Shown: one piece after another, positions 63,393 through 64,000 of the stretch
How the letters are laid out: each line of letters opens with the position of its first letter
Position numbering within the stretch: position 1 is the first letter of the stretch
Source: Bispira polyomma
Lineage: Eukaryota
Length of the DNA: 64,000 nt
Assembly (NCBI GenBank): GCA_965649765.1
Contig: OZ287749.1
Span: forward strand, 18,352,001-18,416,000
Reading direction: 5' to 3'
Notes under the pieces: generated by a model
Seen by the model: the letters and a program-made list of their open reading frames with translations, nothing else
Told to the model about the DNA's origin: nothing
Database searches by the model: none
Translations under genes and position numbers: made by a program

Positions 63393-64000
63393 CATCTCCT
63401 ACCTGGGTCGCAAAATTGGCAGACAGAGCAGTCACTAGAGCGCATCAGGCCTTTCGTCCTTCCACACAAAAGTCCTACACAGCAATGTTTAGGGTATTTT
63501 TAGCATATTGCTGCTTTGCAACTATCTCTATATATAATATCGTTCCTTCAGTAATTCTAGCCTTTCTGGAGGTCCTAGTAGTTAACAATACCTCTCATAC
63601 CTCTGTGGCAAACTATCTCTCAGCGATAAAAGCTAATATGTCACTATATGGGCTTCCAGTCACTGCTTTTGCGGATCAAAGAATTAAGTATTTTCAAATT
63701 CTCCACTATTCCAAGTGAAAAACGACACTCGATGGCTAACATTAACAGACAGCAAAATTTGCAGAAATCTCAAAGATATTTTAGTTAGACTAAACAAAGA
63801 TCAAGCAAATATAACATTTCACACATTCCGTCGCTCTGGGGCGACCTTAGCATTTAATGCTCATGTTCCATTACAGGACATACAAAGTCAGGGCATCTGG
63901 TCCTCTGATTGTGTGTGGCGATATATCACTCAGGACCACTCGGCCTCTGACCAGGTTGCCCTTGCCCTACAATCTCTCATCAACCCACTACCTACTTCCT
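63393..64000 (+). pseudogene. Tyrosine recombinase with internal deletion near 63695
   Basis: AFRPSTQKSY..NYLSAIK N-domain; catalytic HTFRR..W..Y; central part present only in the sister copy. Confidence 0.9.

Larger units (their letters stand above)
59400..64000 (+). mobile_element. YR retrotransposon (DIRS order, Ngaro/PAT-like): gag, RT-RNase H, tyrosine recombinase; runs off window end
   Basis: Non-overlapping gag, pol (YIDD; DA..G, HCDN, N..ADLLSR) and YR (HTFRRSGA..G.WSSD..RY); no methyltransferase ORF seen. Confidence 0.96.

Noticed and set aside
49590-64000. The two + strand YR elements arising from the surrounding segmental duplication
   Set aside because: Sequences immediately upstream of 52899 and 59400 are unrelated, favouring independent insertions

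Overview
AT-rich, intron-rich animal (invertebrate-type) genomic DNA; no prokaryotic features. Left part (1-23.5 kb): a TMTC1-like protein O-mannosyltransferase/TPR gene on + (10 recognisable exons, several lesions, 5' exons absent). Its first exons lie in a recent large inverted duplication (1-2522 vs 3858-6591) centred on a Harbinger relic, a solo LTR and templated insertions. Middle and right: SINEs, L2 LINE ends, MITEs, Harbinger relics, possible relic exons of unknown minus-strand genes, and four tyrosine-recombinase (DIRS-order, Ngaro/PAT-like) retrotransposons. Main hunt result: the best-preserved YR retrotransposon (59400-64000) carries signals for a retrovirus-like expression programme. 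There is an A_AAA_AAC slippery site plus 9-bp hairpin that would join gag to pol by -1 frameshifting. There is also a phase-1 splice donor inside gag that joins in frame to a branch-point/acceptor in front of the recombinase ORF. The donor recurs in two other divergent gag relics and the acceptor in the sister copy. All of this is read from sequence by eye; expression is inferred, not shown.
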